A DNA stretch of 64,000 nucleotides from Octopus vulgaris (Eukaryota): assembly GCA_951406725.2 (NCBI GenBank), contig OX597827.1:37696001-37760000 (forward strand), in the 5' to 3' direction. Shown here piece by piece: positions 44,112 through 58,047 of this stretch (positions are counted from its first letter, which is position 1; each line of letters opens with the position of its first letter). Made by a program: the position numbers and the translations under genes. The notes beneath the pieces are model-generated. The model searched no databases. It saw only the letters and a program-made list of their open reading frames with translations, and was not told the DNA's origin.

Positions 44112-45530
44112 ATGGACTATGAGTCTCTAACAGACTTGTCCACGACAGATGAGGAACTGGAACAGGCAATTGCAATGAAGCTGATGGAAGAAAAGGCTGG
44201 AGTTTTCGAGTCTTTATCAGACCTGCCTACGTCTGAGAAGGAGCTAGAAATGGCAGCAAGGAATTTGGAAGAGAAGCTGGGTTATACCTATGCCGGTGTA
44301 ACCAAGAAGGCGGAAGAGAAAGGGGTCGACATGGCCAAGTTGCCAAGTTACCAGAAATACATGAAAAAGGAAAGCGGTGAGGTGGAACTATCACCGACAC
44401 CCAGGAGAAAAGAATGGTATGATAAGAGGACGATTATTTACAGGGTGTTCGCAAACGAAAGGAAGAGGGTAGAAGTTGTAACCATGGAATGGATAGAGGA
44501 AGCCCTGCGAAGAACTGAGGAGGAAATAAATTTTCTGACTCGAGGATCCAAGTACGGTACCGTAGTTGTGCATTTCAAAACTGAGTCTGCAGCGAGGAAG
44601 ATGGCGGCGAAGGCGGTGAAGTCAGAAAAGGTAAGCCTATTACCTACGTATTTAAACAGGAGGATTACACGAATAAGGGTGGAGGGAGTGCCACCAAACG
44701 TGGAGGCAGAATGGATTGTGGCGGCTGTGATCAGCGGCCACGAGGACGAAGTGGATATTCTCCATGCCTCGGTTAAGTCCGAGGGCTGGAGAGGCGTAAC
44801 AGTGGAGCTGAACGTACAGGCAGAGACCGAGGTACTGGTGGACCTGACGGAAAGCATCAGACTGGGAGACGTGATCATGAGAGTGTGGGTGGAGGGCAGG
44901 GCTCCACGTTGTTACAAGTGTGGCCTGAGGGGTCACATAAGAGCCTTCTGCCCTCCCCCAGGGAAAGAAATGGATTCCGAACCAGAGAGAGAGAAGCAGA
45001 AACCAGAGGAGAAGGAAACAGAGGAAGAGAATACACAGAAATGGAAGGAAGCTGGAAGTAAGAGGAAGAGAAGAATTCGTGGTAAAGAAAATAATATGGA
45101 ACTCCAATCTACCCCAAAACCACCCACACCCTCTGAGTCCCACCCTATCCATGCAGACATTGAACCCACCCGCTCCCCCCCCAACAAGAAAACAAAAGAA
45201 AAAAAAGAATACACACACACACAAGAGATTGAAATCGAACCCAGGCCGTACATTTGTACTATGACTGAACAGAGGGAAGTTAAAAGTCTAATGGAAGAGT
45301 ATAAACGGTATGATGTTGGAGAGACTAGGTATGCTGTGATTGAAAAAAAGAACATAGGTGAGTTTATGGGGAGGTGTGAAAGGGAGAATTGGGAGGTGAA
45401 AGATATAAGAATGAGCGATGAATTCGTGGAAAATATGAATGAGTATTTCGGAGTAAGAATGGATATGGAATTTATTCGTATTGGCAAAGAACATTCAAGT
45501 GACTATGAAAAACAAAGGACAGGTAAGTGA
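44112..45530 (+). CDS. Family B ORF1, copy B3, uninterrupted (472 aa from ATG)
   Basis: Open from MDYESL to KQRTGK*; CCHC knuckle; homologous to the family A ORF. Confidence 0.85.
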   Translation: MDYESLTDLSTTDEELEQAIAMKLMEEKAGVFESLSDLPTSEKELEMAARNLEEKLGYTYAGVTKKAEEKGVDMAKLPSYQKYMKKESGEVELSPTPRRKEWYDKRTIIYRVFANERKRVEVVTMEWIEEALRRTEEEINFLTRGSKYGTVVVHFKTESAARKMAAKAVKSEKVSLLPTYLNRRITRIRVEGVPPNVEAEWIVAAVISGHEDEVDILHASVKSEGWRGVTVELNVQAETEVLVDLTESIRLGDVIMRVWVEGRAPRCYKCGLRGHIRAFCPPPGKEMDSEPEREKQKPEEKETEEENTQKWKEAGSKRKRRIRGKENNMELQSTPKPPTPSESHPIHADIEPTRSPPNKKTKEKKEYTHTQEIEIEPRPYICTMTEQREVKSLMEEYKRYDVGETRYAVIEKKNIGEFMGRCERENWEVKDIRMSDEFVENMNEYFGVRMDMEFIRIGKEHSSDYEKQRTGK

Positions 45531-46154
45531 TGCTGACGGACGGGGCCGTTGGTATCGCTTTCATTTTATCATTTTTTTCGTTTAACACTTCATGTTCATA
45601 TAGTTTAATTATAATGTTCTATGTCCCCATGTTTTGTTATGTCCGCCGTTCTTCGTAGCCCCTTAGTGGGTAATAAAGAAATAGAAATAGAAAGATATAA
45701 GAATGAGCGATGAATTCGTGGAAAATATGAATGAGTATTTCGGAGTAAGAATGGATATGGAATTTATTCGTATTGGCAAAGAACATTCAAGTGACTATGA
45801 AAAACAAAGGACAGGTAAGTGATGCTGACGGACGGGGCCGTTGGTATCGCTTTCATTTTATCATTTTTTCGTTTAACAATTCATGTTCATAAAGTTTAAT
45901 TATAATGTTCTATGTCCCCATGTCTTTTGTTGTCCCCCTCTGTGTCGCCCCTTAGTGGGTAATAAAAAATCACATGTTTTTTTCGGCTCGTGTTTTTTTT
46001 TTCGGCTCCTGAAAATTCGGTAAAAAAGAACAAAAAAGGTTGTTGTTGTTGTGGAAATTCTGAACGGCGTTGACGCGGTTTCGCGTTTCGCTCGTTCAGC
46101 GCGTTACACTTTTTCTGTTTTGGTGGCCGTTTTCGGTCTGTCAGACAGAGGGAA

Positions 46155-47570
46155 ATGGATTATGAGTCTCTAACAGACTTGTCCACGACAGATGAGGAAC
46201 TGGAACAGGCAATTGCAATGAAGCTGATGGAAGAAAAGGCTGGAGTTTTCGAGTCTTTATCAGACTTGCCTACGTCTGAGAAGGGGCTAGAAATGGCAGC
46301 AAGGAAATTGGAAGACAAGCTGAGTTATACCTATGCCGGTGTAACCAAGAAGGCGGAAGAGAAAGGGGTCGACATGGCCAAGTTGCCAAGTTACCAGAAA
46401 TACATGGAAAAGGAAAGCGGTGAGGTGGAACTATCACCGACACCCAGGAGAAAAGAATGGTATGATAAGAGGACCATTGTTTACAGGGTGTGCGCAAACG
46501 AAAGGAAGAGGGTAGAAGTTGTATCCATGGAATGGATAGAGGAAGCCCTGCGAAGAACTGAGGAGGAAATAAATTTTCTGACTCGAGGATCCAAGTACGG
46601 GACCGTAGTTGTGCACTTTAAAAGTGAATCTGCAGCGAGGAAGATGGCAGCGAAGGCGGTGAAGTCGGAAAAGGTAACACTGTTACCTACGTATTTAAAC
46701 AGGAGGATTACACGAATAAGGGTGGAGGGAGTGCCACCAAACGTGGAGGCAGAATGGATTGTGGCGGCTGTGATCAGCGGCCACGAGGACGAAGTGGATA
46801 TTCTCCATGCCTCGGTTAAGTCCGAGGGCTGGAGAGGCGTAACAGTGGAGCTGAACGTACAGGCAGAGACCGAGGTACTGGTGGACCTGACGGAAAGCAT
46901 CAGACTGGGAGAAGTGATCATGAGAGTGTGGGTGGAGGGCAGGGCTCCACGTTGTTACAAGTGTGGCCTGAGGGGTCACATAAGAGCCTTCTGCCCTCCC
47001 CCAGGGAAAGAAATGGATCCCGAACCAGAGAGAGAAAGCAGAAACCAGAGGAGAAGGAAACAGAGGAAGAGAATACACAGAAATGGAAGGAAGCTGGAAG
47101 TAAGAGGAAGAGAAGAATATGTGGAAAAAAGAAAATAATATGGAACTCCAATCTATCCCAAAACCTCCCACACCCTCTGAGTCCCACCCTATCCATGCAG
47201 ACATTGAACCCACCCGCTCCCCCCCAACAAGAAAACAAAAGAAAAAAAGAATACACACACACAAGAGATTGAAATCGAACCCAGGCCGTACATTTGTACT
47301 ATGACTGAACAGAGGGAAGTTAAAAGTCTAATGGAAGAGTATAAATGGTATGATGTTGGAGAGACTAGGTATGCTGTGATTGAAAAGAAGAACATAGGTG
47401 AGTTTATGGGGAGGTGTGAAAGGGAGAATTGGGAGGTGAAAGATATAAGAATGAGCGATGAATTCGTGGAAAATATGAATGAGTATTTCGGAGTAAGAAT
47501 GGATATGGAATTTATTCGTATTGGCAAAGAACATTCAAGTGACTATGAAAAACAAAGGACAGGTAAGTGA
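46155..47570 (+). CDS. Family B ORF1, copy B4 (frameshifts)
   Basis: ORFs 46155-47138, 47119-47304 and 47301-47570. Confidence 0.7.
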
Positions 47571-47901
47571 TGCTGACGGACGGGGCCGTTGGTATCGCTT
47601 TCATTTTATCATTTTTTTCGTTTAACAATTCATGTTCATAAAGTTTAATTATAATGTTCTATGTCCCCATGTCTTTTGTTGTCCCCCTCTGTGTCGCCCC
47701 TTAGTGGGTAATAAAAAATCACATGTTTTTTTCGGCTCGTGTTTTTTTTTCGGCTCCTGAAAATTCGGTAAAAAAGAACAAAAAGGTTGTTGTTGTTGTG
47801 GAAATTCTGAACGGCGTTGACGCGGTTTCGCGTTTCGCTCGTTCAGCGCGTTACACTTTTTCTGTTTTGGCGGCCGTTTTCGGTCTGTCAGACAGAAGGA
47901 A

Positions 47902-49317
47902 ATGGACTATGAGTCTCTAACAGACTTGTCCACGACGGATGAGGAACTGGAACAGGCAATTGCAGTGAAGCTGATGGAGAAAAGGCTGGAGTTTTCGAGT
48001 CTTTATCAGACTTGCCTACGTCTGAGAAGGAGCTAGAAATGGCAGCAAGGAAATTGGAAGACAAGCTGGGTTATACCTATGCCGGTGTAACCAAGAAGGC
48101 GGAAGAGAAAGGGGTCGACATGGCCAAGTTGCCAAGTTACCAGAAATACATGAAAAAGGAAAGCGGTGAGGTGGAACTATCACCGACACCCAGGAGAAAA
48201 GAATGGTATGATAAGAGGACCATTGTTTACAGGGTGTTCGCAAACGAAAGGAAGAGGGTAGAAGTTGTATCCATGGAATGGATAGAGGAAGCCCTGCGAA
48301 GAACTGAGGAGGAAATAAATTTTCTGACTCGAGGATCCAAGTACGGGACCGTAGTTGTGCACTTTAAAAGTGAATCTGCAGCGAGGAAGATGGCAGCGAA
48401 GGCGGTGAAGTCGGAAAAGGTAACACTGTTACCTACGTATTTAAACAGGAGGATTACACGAATAAGGGTGGAGGGAGTGCCACCAAACGTGGAGGCAGAA
48501 TGGATTGTGGCGGCTGTGATCAGCGGCCACGAGGACGAAGTGGATATTCTCCATGCCTCGGTTAAGTCCGAGGGCTGGAGAGGCGTAACAGTGGAGCTGA
48601 ACGTACAGGCAGAGACCGAGGTACTGGTGGACCTGACGGAAAGCATCAGACTGGGAGAAGTGATCATGAGAGTGTGGGTGGAGGGCAGGGCTCCACGTTG
48701 TTACAAGTGTGGCCTGAGGGGTCACATAAGAGCCTTCTGCCCTCCCCAGGGAAAGAAATGGATCCCGAACCAGAGAGAGAGAAGCAGAAACCAGAGGAGA
48801 AGGAAACAGAGGAAGAGAATACACAGAAATGGAAGGAAGCTGGAAGTAAGAGGAAGAGAAGAATATGTGGAAAAAAAGAAAATAATATGGAACTCCAATC
48901 TACCCCAAAACCTCCCACACCCTCTGAGTCCCACCCTATCCATGCAGACATTGAACCCACCCGCTCCCCCCAACAAGAAAACAAAAGAAAAAAAAGAATA
49001 CACACACACAAGAGATTGAAATCGAACCCAGGCCGTACATTTGTACTATGACTGAACAGAGGGAAGTTAAAAGTCTAATGGAAGAGTATAAATGGTATGA
49101 TGTTGGAGAGACTAGGTATGCTGTGATTGAAAAGAAGAACATAGGTGAGTTTATGGGGAGGTGTGAAAGGGAGAATTGGGAGGTGAAAGATATAAGAATG
49201 AGCGATGAATTCGTGGAAAATATGAATGAGTATTTCGGAGTAAGAATGGATATGGAATTTATTCGTATTGGCAAAGAACATTCAAGTGACTATGAAAAAC
49301 AAAGGACAGGTAAGTGA
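47902..49317 (+). CDS. Family B ORF1, copy B5 (frameshifts)
   Basis: ORFs 48012-49019, 48674-49051 and 49048-49317. Confidence 0.7.
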
Positions 49318-49646
49318 TGCTGACGGACGGGGCCGTTGGTATCGCTTTCATTTTATCATTTTTTTCGTTTAACAATTCATGTTCATAAATTTAATTATAA
49401 TGTTCTATGTCCCCATGTCTTTTGTTGTCCCCCTCTGTGTCGCCCCTTAGTGGGTAATAAAAAATCACATGTTTTTTCGGCTCGTGTTTTTTTTCGGCTC
49501 CTGAAAATTCGGTAAAAAAGAACAAAAAGCGTTGTTGTTGTTGTGGAAATTCTGAACGGCGTTGACGCGGTTTCGCGTTTCGCTCGTTCAGCGCGTTACA
49601 CTTTTTCTGTTTTGGCGGCCGTTTTCGGTCTGTCAGACAGAAGGAA

Positions 49647-51063
49647 ATGGACTATGAGTCTCTAACAGACTTGTCCACGACAGATGAGGAACTGGAACAG
49701 GCAATTGCAATGAAGCTGATGGAAGAAAAGGCTGGAGTTTTCGAGTCTTTATCAGACTTGCCTACGTCTGAGAAGGAGCTAGAAATGGCAGCAAGGAAAT
49801 TGGAAGACAAGCTGAGTTATACCTATGCCGGTGTAACCAAGAAGGCGGAAGAGAAAGGGGTCGACATGGCCAAGTTGCCAAGTTACCAGAAATACATGGA
49901 AAAGGAAAGCGGTGAGGTGGAACTATCACCGACACCCAGGAGAAAAGAATGGTATGATAAGAGGACCATTGTTTACAGGGTGTTCGCAAACGAAAGGAAG
50001 AGGGTAGAAGTTGTAACCATGGAATGGATAGAGGAAGCCCTGCGAAGAACTGAGGAGGAAATAAATTTTCTGACTCGAGGATCCAAGTACGGGACCGTAG
50101 TTGTGCACTTTAAAAGTGAATCTGCAGCGAGGAAGATGGCAGCGAAGGCGGTGAAGTCGGAAAAGGTAACACTGTTACCTACGTATTTAAACAGGAGGAT
50201 TACACGAATAAGGGTGGAGGGAGTGCCACCAAACGTGGAGGCAGAATGGATTGTGGCGGCTGTGATCAGCGGCCACGAGGACGAAGTGGATATTCTCCAT
50301 GCCTCGGTTAAGTCCGAGGGCTGGAGAGGCGTAACAGTGGAGCTGAACGTACAGGCAGAGACCGAGGTACTGGTGGACCTGACGGAAAGCATCAGACTGG
50401 GAGAAGTGATCATGAGAGTGTGGGTGGAGGGCAGGGCTCCACGTTGTTACAAGTGTGGCCTGAGGGGTCACATAAGAGCCTTCTGCCCTCCCCCAGGGAA
50501 AGAAATGGATCCCGAACCAGAGAGAGAGAAGCAGAAACCAGAGGAGAAGGAAACAGAGGAAGAGAATACACAGAAATGGAAGGAAGCTGGAAGTAAGAGG
50601 AAGAGAAGAATATGTGGAAAAAAAGAAAATAATATGGAACTCCAATCTACCCCAAAACCTCCCACACCCTCTGAGTCCCACCCTATCCATGCAGACATTG
50701 AACCCACCCGCTCCCCCCAACAAGAAAACAAAAGAAAAAAAGAATACACACACACAAGAGATTGAAATCGAACCCAGGCCGTACATTTGTACTATGACTG
50801 AACAGAGGGAAGTTAAAAGTCTAATGGAAGAGTATAAACGGTATGATGTTGGAGAGACTAGGTATGCTGTGATTGAAAAGAAGAACATAGGTGAGTTTAT
50901 GGGGAGGTGTGAAAGGGAGAATTGGGAGGTGAAAGATATAAGAATGAGCGATGAATTCGTGGAAAATATGAATGAGTATTTCGGAGTAAGAATGGATATG
51001 GAATTTATTCGTATTGGCAAAGAACATTCAAGTGACTATGAAAAACAAAGGACAGGTAAGTGA
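49647..51063 (+). CDS. Family B ORF1, copy B6 (frameshift)
   Basis: ORFs 49647-50765 and 50614-51063. Confidence 0.7.
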
Positions 51064-51400
51064 TGCTGACGGACGGGGCCGTTGGTATCGCTTTCATTTT
51101 ATCATTTTTTCGTTTAACAATTCATGTTCATAAAGTTTAATTATAATGTTCTATGTCCCCATGTTTTGTTATGTCCGCCATTCTTCGTAGCCCCTTAGTG
51201 GGTAATAAAGAAATCACAGCGTTTTTTTCGGCTCCGTGTTTTTTTTTTCGGCTCCTGAAAATTCGGTAAAAAAGAACAAAAAAGGTTGTTGTTGTTGTGG
51301 AAATTCTGAACGGCGTTGACGCGGTTTCGCGTTTCGCTCGTTCAGCGCGTTACACTTTTTCTGTTTTGGCGGCCGTTTTCGGTCTGTCAGACAGAAGGAA

Positions 51401-52818
51401 ATGGACTATGAGTCTCTAACAGACTTGTCCACGACAGATGAGGAACTGGAACAGGCAATTGCAATGAAGCTGATGGAAGAAAAGGCTGGAGTTTTCGAGT
51501 CTTTATCAGACTTGCCTATGTCTGAGAAGGAGCTAGAAATGGCAGCAAGGAAATTGGAAGACAAGCTGAGTTATACCTATGCCGGTGTAACCAAGAAGGC
51601 GGAAGAGAAAGGGGTCGACATGGCCAAGTTGCCAAGTTACCAGAAATACATGAAAAAGGAAAGCGGTGAGGTGGAACTATCACCGACACCCAGGAGAAAA
51701 GAATGGTATGATAAGAGGACCATTGTTTACAGGGTGTGCGCAAACGAAAGGAAGAGGGTAGAAGTTGTAACCATGGAATGGATAGAGGAAGCCCTGCGAA
51801 GAACTGAGGAGGAAATAAATTTTCTGACTCGAGGATCCAAGTACGGGACCGTAGTTGTGCACTTTAAAAGTGAATCTGCAGCGAGGAAGATGGCAGCGAA
51901 GGCGGTGAAGTCGGAAAAGGTAACACTGTTACCTACGTATTTAAACAGGAGGATTACACGAATAAGGGTGGAGGGAGTGCCACCAAACGTGGAGGCAGAA
52001 TGGATTGTGGCGGCTGTGATCAGCGGCCACGAGGACGAAGTGGATATTCTCCATGCCTCGGTTAAGTCCGAGGGCTGGAGAGGCGTAACAGTGGAGCTGA
52101 ACGTACAGGCAGAGACCGAGGTACTGGTGGACCTGACGGAAAGCATCAGACTGGGAGAAGTGATCATGAGAGTGTGGGTGGAGGGCAGGGCTCCACGTTG
52201 TTACAAGTGTGGCCTGAGGGGTCACATAAGAGCCTTCTGCCCTCCCCCAGGGAAAGAAATGGATCCCGAACCAGAGAGAGAGAAGCAGAAACCAGAGGAG
52301 AAGGAAACAGAGGAAGAGAATACACAGAAATGGAAGGAAGCTGGAAGTAAGAGGAAGAGAAGAATATGTGGAAAAAAAGAAAATAATATGGAACTCCAAT
52401 CTACCCCAAAACCTCCCACACCCTCTGAGTCCCACCCTATCCATGCAGACATTGAACCCACCCGCTCCCCCCAACAAGAAAACAAAAAAAAAAAAAGAAT
52501 ACACACACACAAGAGATTGAAATCGAACCCAGGCCGTACATTTGTACTATGACTGAACAGAGGGAAGTTAAAAGTCTAATGGAAGAGTATAAACGGTATG
52601 ATGTTGGAGAGACTAGGTATGCTGTGATTGAAAAAAAGAACATAGGTGAGTTTATGGGGAGGTGTGAAAGGGAGAATTGGGAGGTGAAAGATATAAGAAT
52701 GAGCGATGAATTCGTGGAAAATATGAATGAGTATTTCGGAGTAAGAATGGATATGGAATTTATTCGTATTGGCAAAGAACATTCAAGTGACTATGAAAAA
52801 CAAAGGACAGGTAAGTGA
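51401..52818 (+). CDS. Family B ORF1, copy B7 (frameshift)
   Basis: ORFs 51401-52552 and 52549-52818. Confidence 0.7.
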
Positions 52819-53148
52819 TGCTGACGGACGGGGCCGTTGGTATCGCTTTCATTTTATCATTTTTTCGTTTAACAATTCATGTTCATAAAGTTTAATTATA
52901 ATGTTCTATGTCCCCATGTCTTTTGTATGTCCCCTCTGTGTCGCCCCTTAGTGGGTAATAAAAAATCACATGTTTTTTTCGGCTCCGTGTTTTTTTTTCG
53001 GCTCCTGAAAATTCGGTAAAAAAGAACAAAAAGGTTGTTGTTGTTGTGGAAATTCTGAACGGCGTTGACGCGGTTTCGCGTTTCGCTCGTTCAGCGCGTT
53101 ACACTTTTTCTGTTTTGGCGGCCGTTTTCGGTCTGTCAGACAGAGGAA

Positions 53149-54567
53149 ATGGACTATGAGTCTCTAACAGACTTGTCCACGACAGATGAGGAACTGGAAC
53201 AGGCAATTGCAATGAAGCTGATGGAAGAAAAGGCTGGAGTTTTCGAGTCTTTATCAGACTTGCCTACGTCTGAGAAGGAGCTAGAAATGGCAGCAAGGGA
53301 AATTGGAAGACAAGCTGAGTTATACCTATGCCGGTGTAACCAAGAAGGCGGAAGAGAAAGGGGTCGACATGGCCAAGTTGCCAAGTTACCAGAAATACAT
53401 GAAAAAGGAAAGCGGTGAGGTGGAACTATCACCGACACCCAGGAGAAAAGAATGGTATGATAAGAGGACCATTGTTTACAGGGTGTTCGCAAACGAAAGG
53501 AAGAGGGTAGAAGTTGTAACCATGGAATGGATAGAGGAAGCCCTGCGAAGAACTGAGGAGGAAATAAATTTTCTGACTCGAGGATCCAAGTACGGGACCG
53601 TAGTTGTGCACTTTAAAAGTGAATCTGCAGCGAGGAAGATGGCAGCGAAGGCGGTGAAGTCGGAAAAGGTAACACTGTTACCTACGTATTTAAACAGGAG
53701 GATTACACGAATAAGGGTGGAGGGAGTGCCACCAAACGTGGAGGCAGAATGGATTGTGGCGGCTGTGATCAGCGGCCACGAGGACGAAGTGGATATTCTC
53801 CATGCCTCGGTTAAGTCCGAGGGCTGGAGAGGCGTAACAGTGGAGCTGAACGTACAGGCAGAGACCGAGGTACTGGTGGACCTGACGGAAAGCATCAGAC
53901 TGGGAGAAGTGATCATGAGTGTGTGGGTGGAGGGCAGGGCTCCACGTTGTTACAAGTGTGGCCTGAGGGGTCACATAAGAGCCTTCTGCCCTCCCCCAGG
54001 GAAAGAAATGGATCCCGAACCAGAGAGAGAGAAGCAGAAACCAGAGGAGAAGGAAACAGAGGAAGAGAATACACAGAAATGGAAGGAAGCTGGAAGTAAG
54101 AGGAAGAGAAGAATATGTGGAAAAAAAGAAAATAATATGGAACTCCAATCTATCCCAAAACCTCCCACACCCTCTGAGTCCCACCCTATCCATGCAGACA
54201 TTGAACCCACCCGCTCCCCCCCAACAAGAAAACAAAAGAAAAAAAGAATACACACACACAAGAGATTGAAATCGAACCCAGGCCGTACATTTGTACTATG
54301 ACTGAACAGAGGGAAGTTAAAAGTCTAATGGAAGAGTATAAACGGTATGATGTTGGAGAGACTAGGTATGCTGTGATTGAAAAGAAGAACATAGGTGAGT
54401 TTATGGGGAGGTGTGAAAGGGAGAATTGGGAGGTGAAAGATATAAGAATGAGCGATGAATTCGTGGAAAATATGAATGAGTATTTCGGAGTAAGAATGGA
54501 TATGGAATTTATTCGTATTGGCAAAGAACATTCAAGTGACTATGAAAAACAAAGGACAGGTAAGTGA
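53149..54567 (+). CDS. Family B ORF1, copy B8 (frameshifts)
   Basis: ORFs 53303-54301 and 54298-54567. Confidence 0.7.
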
Positions 54568-54899
54568 TGCTGACGGACGGGGCCGTTGGTATCGCTTTCA
54601 TTTTATCATTTTTTCGTTTAACAATTCATGTTCATAAAGTTTAATTATAATGTTCTATGTCCCCATGTCTTTTGTTATGTCCGCCCTCTTCGTAGCCCCT
54701 TAGTGGGTAATAAAAAATCACATGTTTTTTTCGGCTCGTGTTTTTTTTTTCGCTCTGAAAATTCGGTAAAAAAGAACAAAAAGGTTGTTGTTGTTGTGGA
54801 AATTCTGAACGGCGTTGACGCGGTTTCGCGTTTCGCTCGTTCAGCGCGTTACACTTTTTCTGTTTTGGCGGCCGTTTTCGGTCTGTCAGACAGAAGGAA

Positions 54900-56314
54900 A
54901 TGGACTATGAGTCTCTAACAGACTTGTCCACGACAGATGAGGAACTGGAACAGGCAATTGCAATGAAGCTGATGGAAGAAAAGGCTGGAGTTTTCGAGTC
55001 TTTATCAGACTTGCCTACGTCTGAGAAGGAGCTAGAAATGGCAGCAAGGAAATTGGAAGAAAGCTGAGTTATACCTATGCCGGTGTAACCAAGAAGGCGG
55101 AAGAGAAAGGGGTCGACATGGCCAAGTTGCCAAGTTACCAGAAATACATGAAAAAGGAAAGCGGTGAGGTGGAACTATCACCGACACCCAGGAGAAAAGA
55201 ATGGTATGATAAGAGGACCATTGTTTACAGGGTGTTCGCAAACGAAAGGAAGAGGGTAGAAGTTGTAACCATGGAATGGATAGAGGAAGCCCTGCGAAGA
55301 ACTGAGGAGGAAATAAATTTTCTGACTCGAGGATCCAAGTACGGGACCGTAGTTGTGCACTTTAAAAGTGAATCTGCAGCGAGGAAGATGGCAGCGAAGG
55401 CGGTGAAGTCGGAAAAGGTAACACTGTTACCTACGTATTTAAACAGGAGGATTACACGAATAAGGGTGGAGGGAGTGCCACCAAACGTGGAGGCAGAATG
55501 GATTGTGGCGGCTGTGATCAGCGGCCACGAGGACGAAGTGGATATTCTCCATGCCTCGGTTAAGTCCGAGGGCTGGAGAGGCGTAACAGTGGAGCTGAAC
55601 GTACAGGCAGAGACCGAGGTACTGGTGGACCTGACGGAAAGCATCAGACTGGGAGAAGTGATCATGAGAGTGTGGGTGGAGGGCAGGGCTCCACGTTGTT
55701 ACAAGTGTGGCCTGAGGGGTCACATAAGAGCCTTCTGCCCTCCCCCAGGGAAAGAAATGGATCCCGAACCAGAGAGAGAGAAGCAGAAACCAGAGGAGAA
55801 GGAAACAGAGGAAGAGAATACACAGAAATGGAAGGAAGCTGGAAGTAAGAGGAAGAGAAGAATATGTGGAAAAAAAGAAAATAATATGGAACTCCAATCT
55901 ATCCCAAAACCTCCCACACCCTCTGAGTCCCACCCTATCCATGCAGACATTGAACCCACCCGCTCCCCCCAACAAGAAAACAAAAAAAAAAAGAATACAC
56001 ACACACAAGAGATTGAAATCGAACCCAGGCCGTACATTTGTACTATGACTGAACAGAGGGAAGTTAAAAGTCTAATGGAAGAGTATAAATGGTATGATGT
56101 TGGAGAGACTAGGTATGCTGTGATTGAAAAGAAGAACATAGGTGAGTTTATGGGGAGGTGTGAAAGGGAGAATTGGGAGGTGAAAGATATAAGAATGAGC
56201 GATGAATTCGTGGAAAATATGAATGAGTATTTCGGAGTAAGAATGGATATGGAATTTATTCGTATTGGCAAAGAACATTCAAGTGACTATGAAAAACAAA
56301 GGACAGGTAAGTGA
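54900..56314 (+). CDS. Family B ORF1, copy B9 (early frameshift, remainder continuous)
   Basis: ORF 55118-56314. Confidence 0.7.
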
Positions 56315-56629
56315 TGCTGACGGACGGGGCCGTTGGTATCGCTTTCATTTTATCATTTTTTCGTTTAACAATTCATGTTCATAAAGTTTAATTATAATGT
56401 TCTATGTCCCCATGTTTTGTTGTGTCCCCTCTGTGTCGCCCCTTAGTGGGTAATAAAAAATCACTTGTTTTTTTTTTGCGCTCTGTAAAATTCGGTAAAA
56501 AAGAACAAAAAGCGTTGTTGTTGTTGTGGAAATTCTGAACGGCGTTGACGCGGTTTCGCGTTTCGCTCGTTCAGCGCGTTACACTTTTTCTGTTTTGGCG
56601 GCCGTTTTCGGTCTGTCAGACAGAAGGAA

Positions 56630-58047
56630 ATGGACTATGAGTCTTTAACAGACTTGTCCACGACAGATGAGGAACTGGAACAGGCAATTGCAATGAAGCT
56701 GATGGAAGAAAAGGCTGGAGTTTTCGAGTCTTTATCAGACTTGTCTACATCTGAGGAGGAGCTAGAAATAGCAGTGAGGAAAATGGATCAGAAGCTGGGT
56801 TATACCTATGCCGGTGTAACCAAGAAGGCGGAAGAGAAAGGGGTCGACATGGCCAAGTTGCCAAGTTACCAGAAATACATGAAAAAGGAAAGCGGTGAGG
56901 TGGAACTATCACCGACACCCAGGAGAAAAGAATGGTATGATAAGAGGACCATTGTTTACAGGGTGTTCGCAAACGAAAGGAAGAGGGTAGAAGTTGTAAC
57001 CATGGAATGGATAGAGGAAGCCCTGCGAAGAACTGAGGAGGAAATAAATTTTCTGACTCGAGGATCCAAGTACGGGACCGTAGTTGTGCACTTTAAAAGT
57101 GAATCTGCAGCGAGGAAGATGGCAGCGAAGGCGGTGAAGTCGGAAAAGGTAACACTGTTACCTACGTATTTAAACAGGAGGATTACACGAATAAGGGTGG
57201 AGGGAGTGCCACCAAACGTGGAGGCAGAATGGATTGTGGCGGCTGTGATCAGCGGCCACGAGGACGAAGTGGATATTCTCCATGCCTCGGTTAAGTCCGA
57301 GGGCTGGAGAGGCGTAACAGTGGAGCTGAACGTACAGGCAGAGACCGAGGTACTGGTGGACCTGACGGAAAGCATCAGACTGGGAGAAGTGATCATGAGA
57401 GTGTGGGTGGAGGGCAGGGCTCCACGTTGTTACAAGTGTGGCCTGAGGGGTCACATAAGAGCCTTCTGCCCTCCCCCAGGGAAAGAAATGGATCCCGAAC
57501 CAGAGAGAGAGAAGCAGAAACCAGAGGAGAAGGAAACAGAGGAAGAGAATACACAGAAATGGAAGGAAGCTGGAAGTAAGAGGAAGAGAAGAATATGTGG
57601 AAAAAAAGAAAATAATATGGAACTCCAATCTACCCCAAAACCTCCCACACCCTCTGAGTCCCACCCTATCCATGCAGACATTGAACCCACCCGCCCCCCC
57701 CAACAAGAAAACAAAAGAAAAAAAAGAATACACACACACAAGAGATTGAAATCGAACCCAGGCCGTACATTTGTACTATGACTGAACAGAGGGAAGTTAA
57801 AAGTCTAATGGAAGAGTATAAACGGTATGATGTTGGAGAGACTAGGTATGCTGTGATTGAAAAGAAGAACATAGGTGAGTTTATGGGGAGGTGTGAAAGG
57901 GAGAATTGGGAGGTGAAAGATATAAGAATGAGCGATGAATTCGTGGAAAATATGAATGAGTATTTCGGAGTAAGAATGGATATGGAATTTATTCGTATTG
58001 GCAAAGAACATTCAAGTGACTATGAAAAACAAAGGACAGGTAAGTGA
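56630..58047 (+). CDS. Family B ORF1, copy B10 (frameshift)
   Basis: ORFs 56630-57781 and 57778-58047. Confidence 0.7.

Noticed and set aside
40377-58011. Recurrent minus-strand ORFs in each B unit (e.g. 146 aa MITSPSL...)
   Set aside because: Antisense shadows of a purine-rich ORF; they recur only because the units are near-identical
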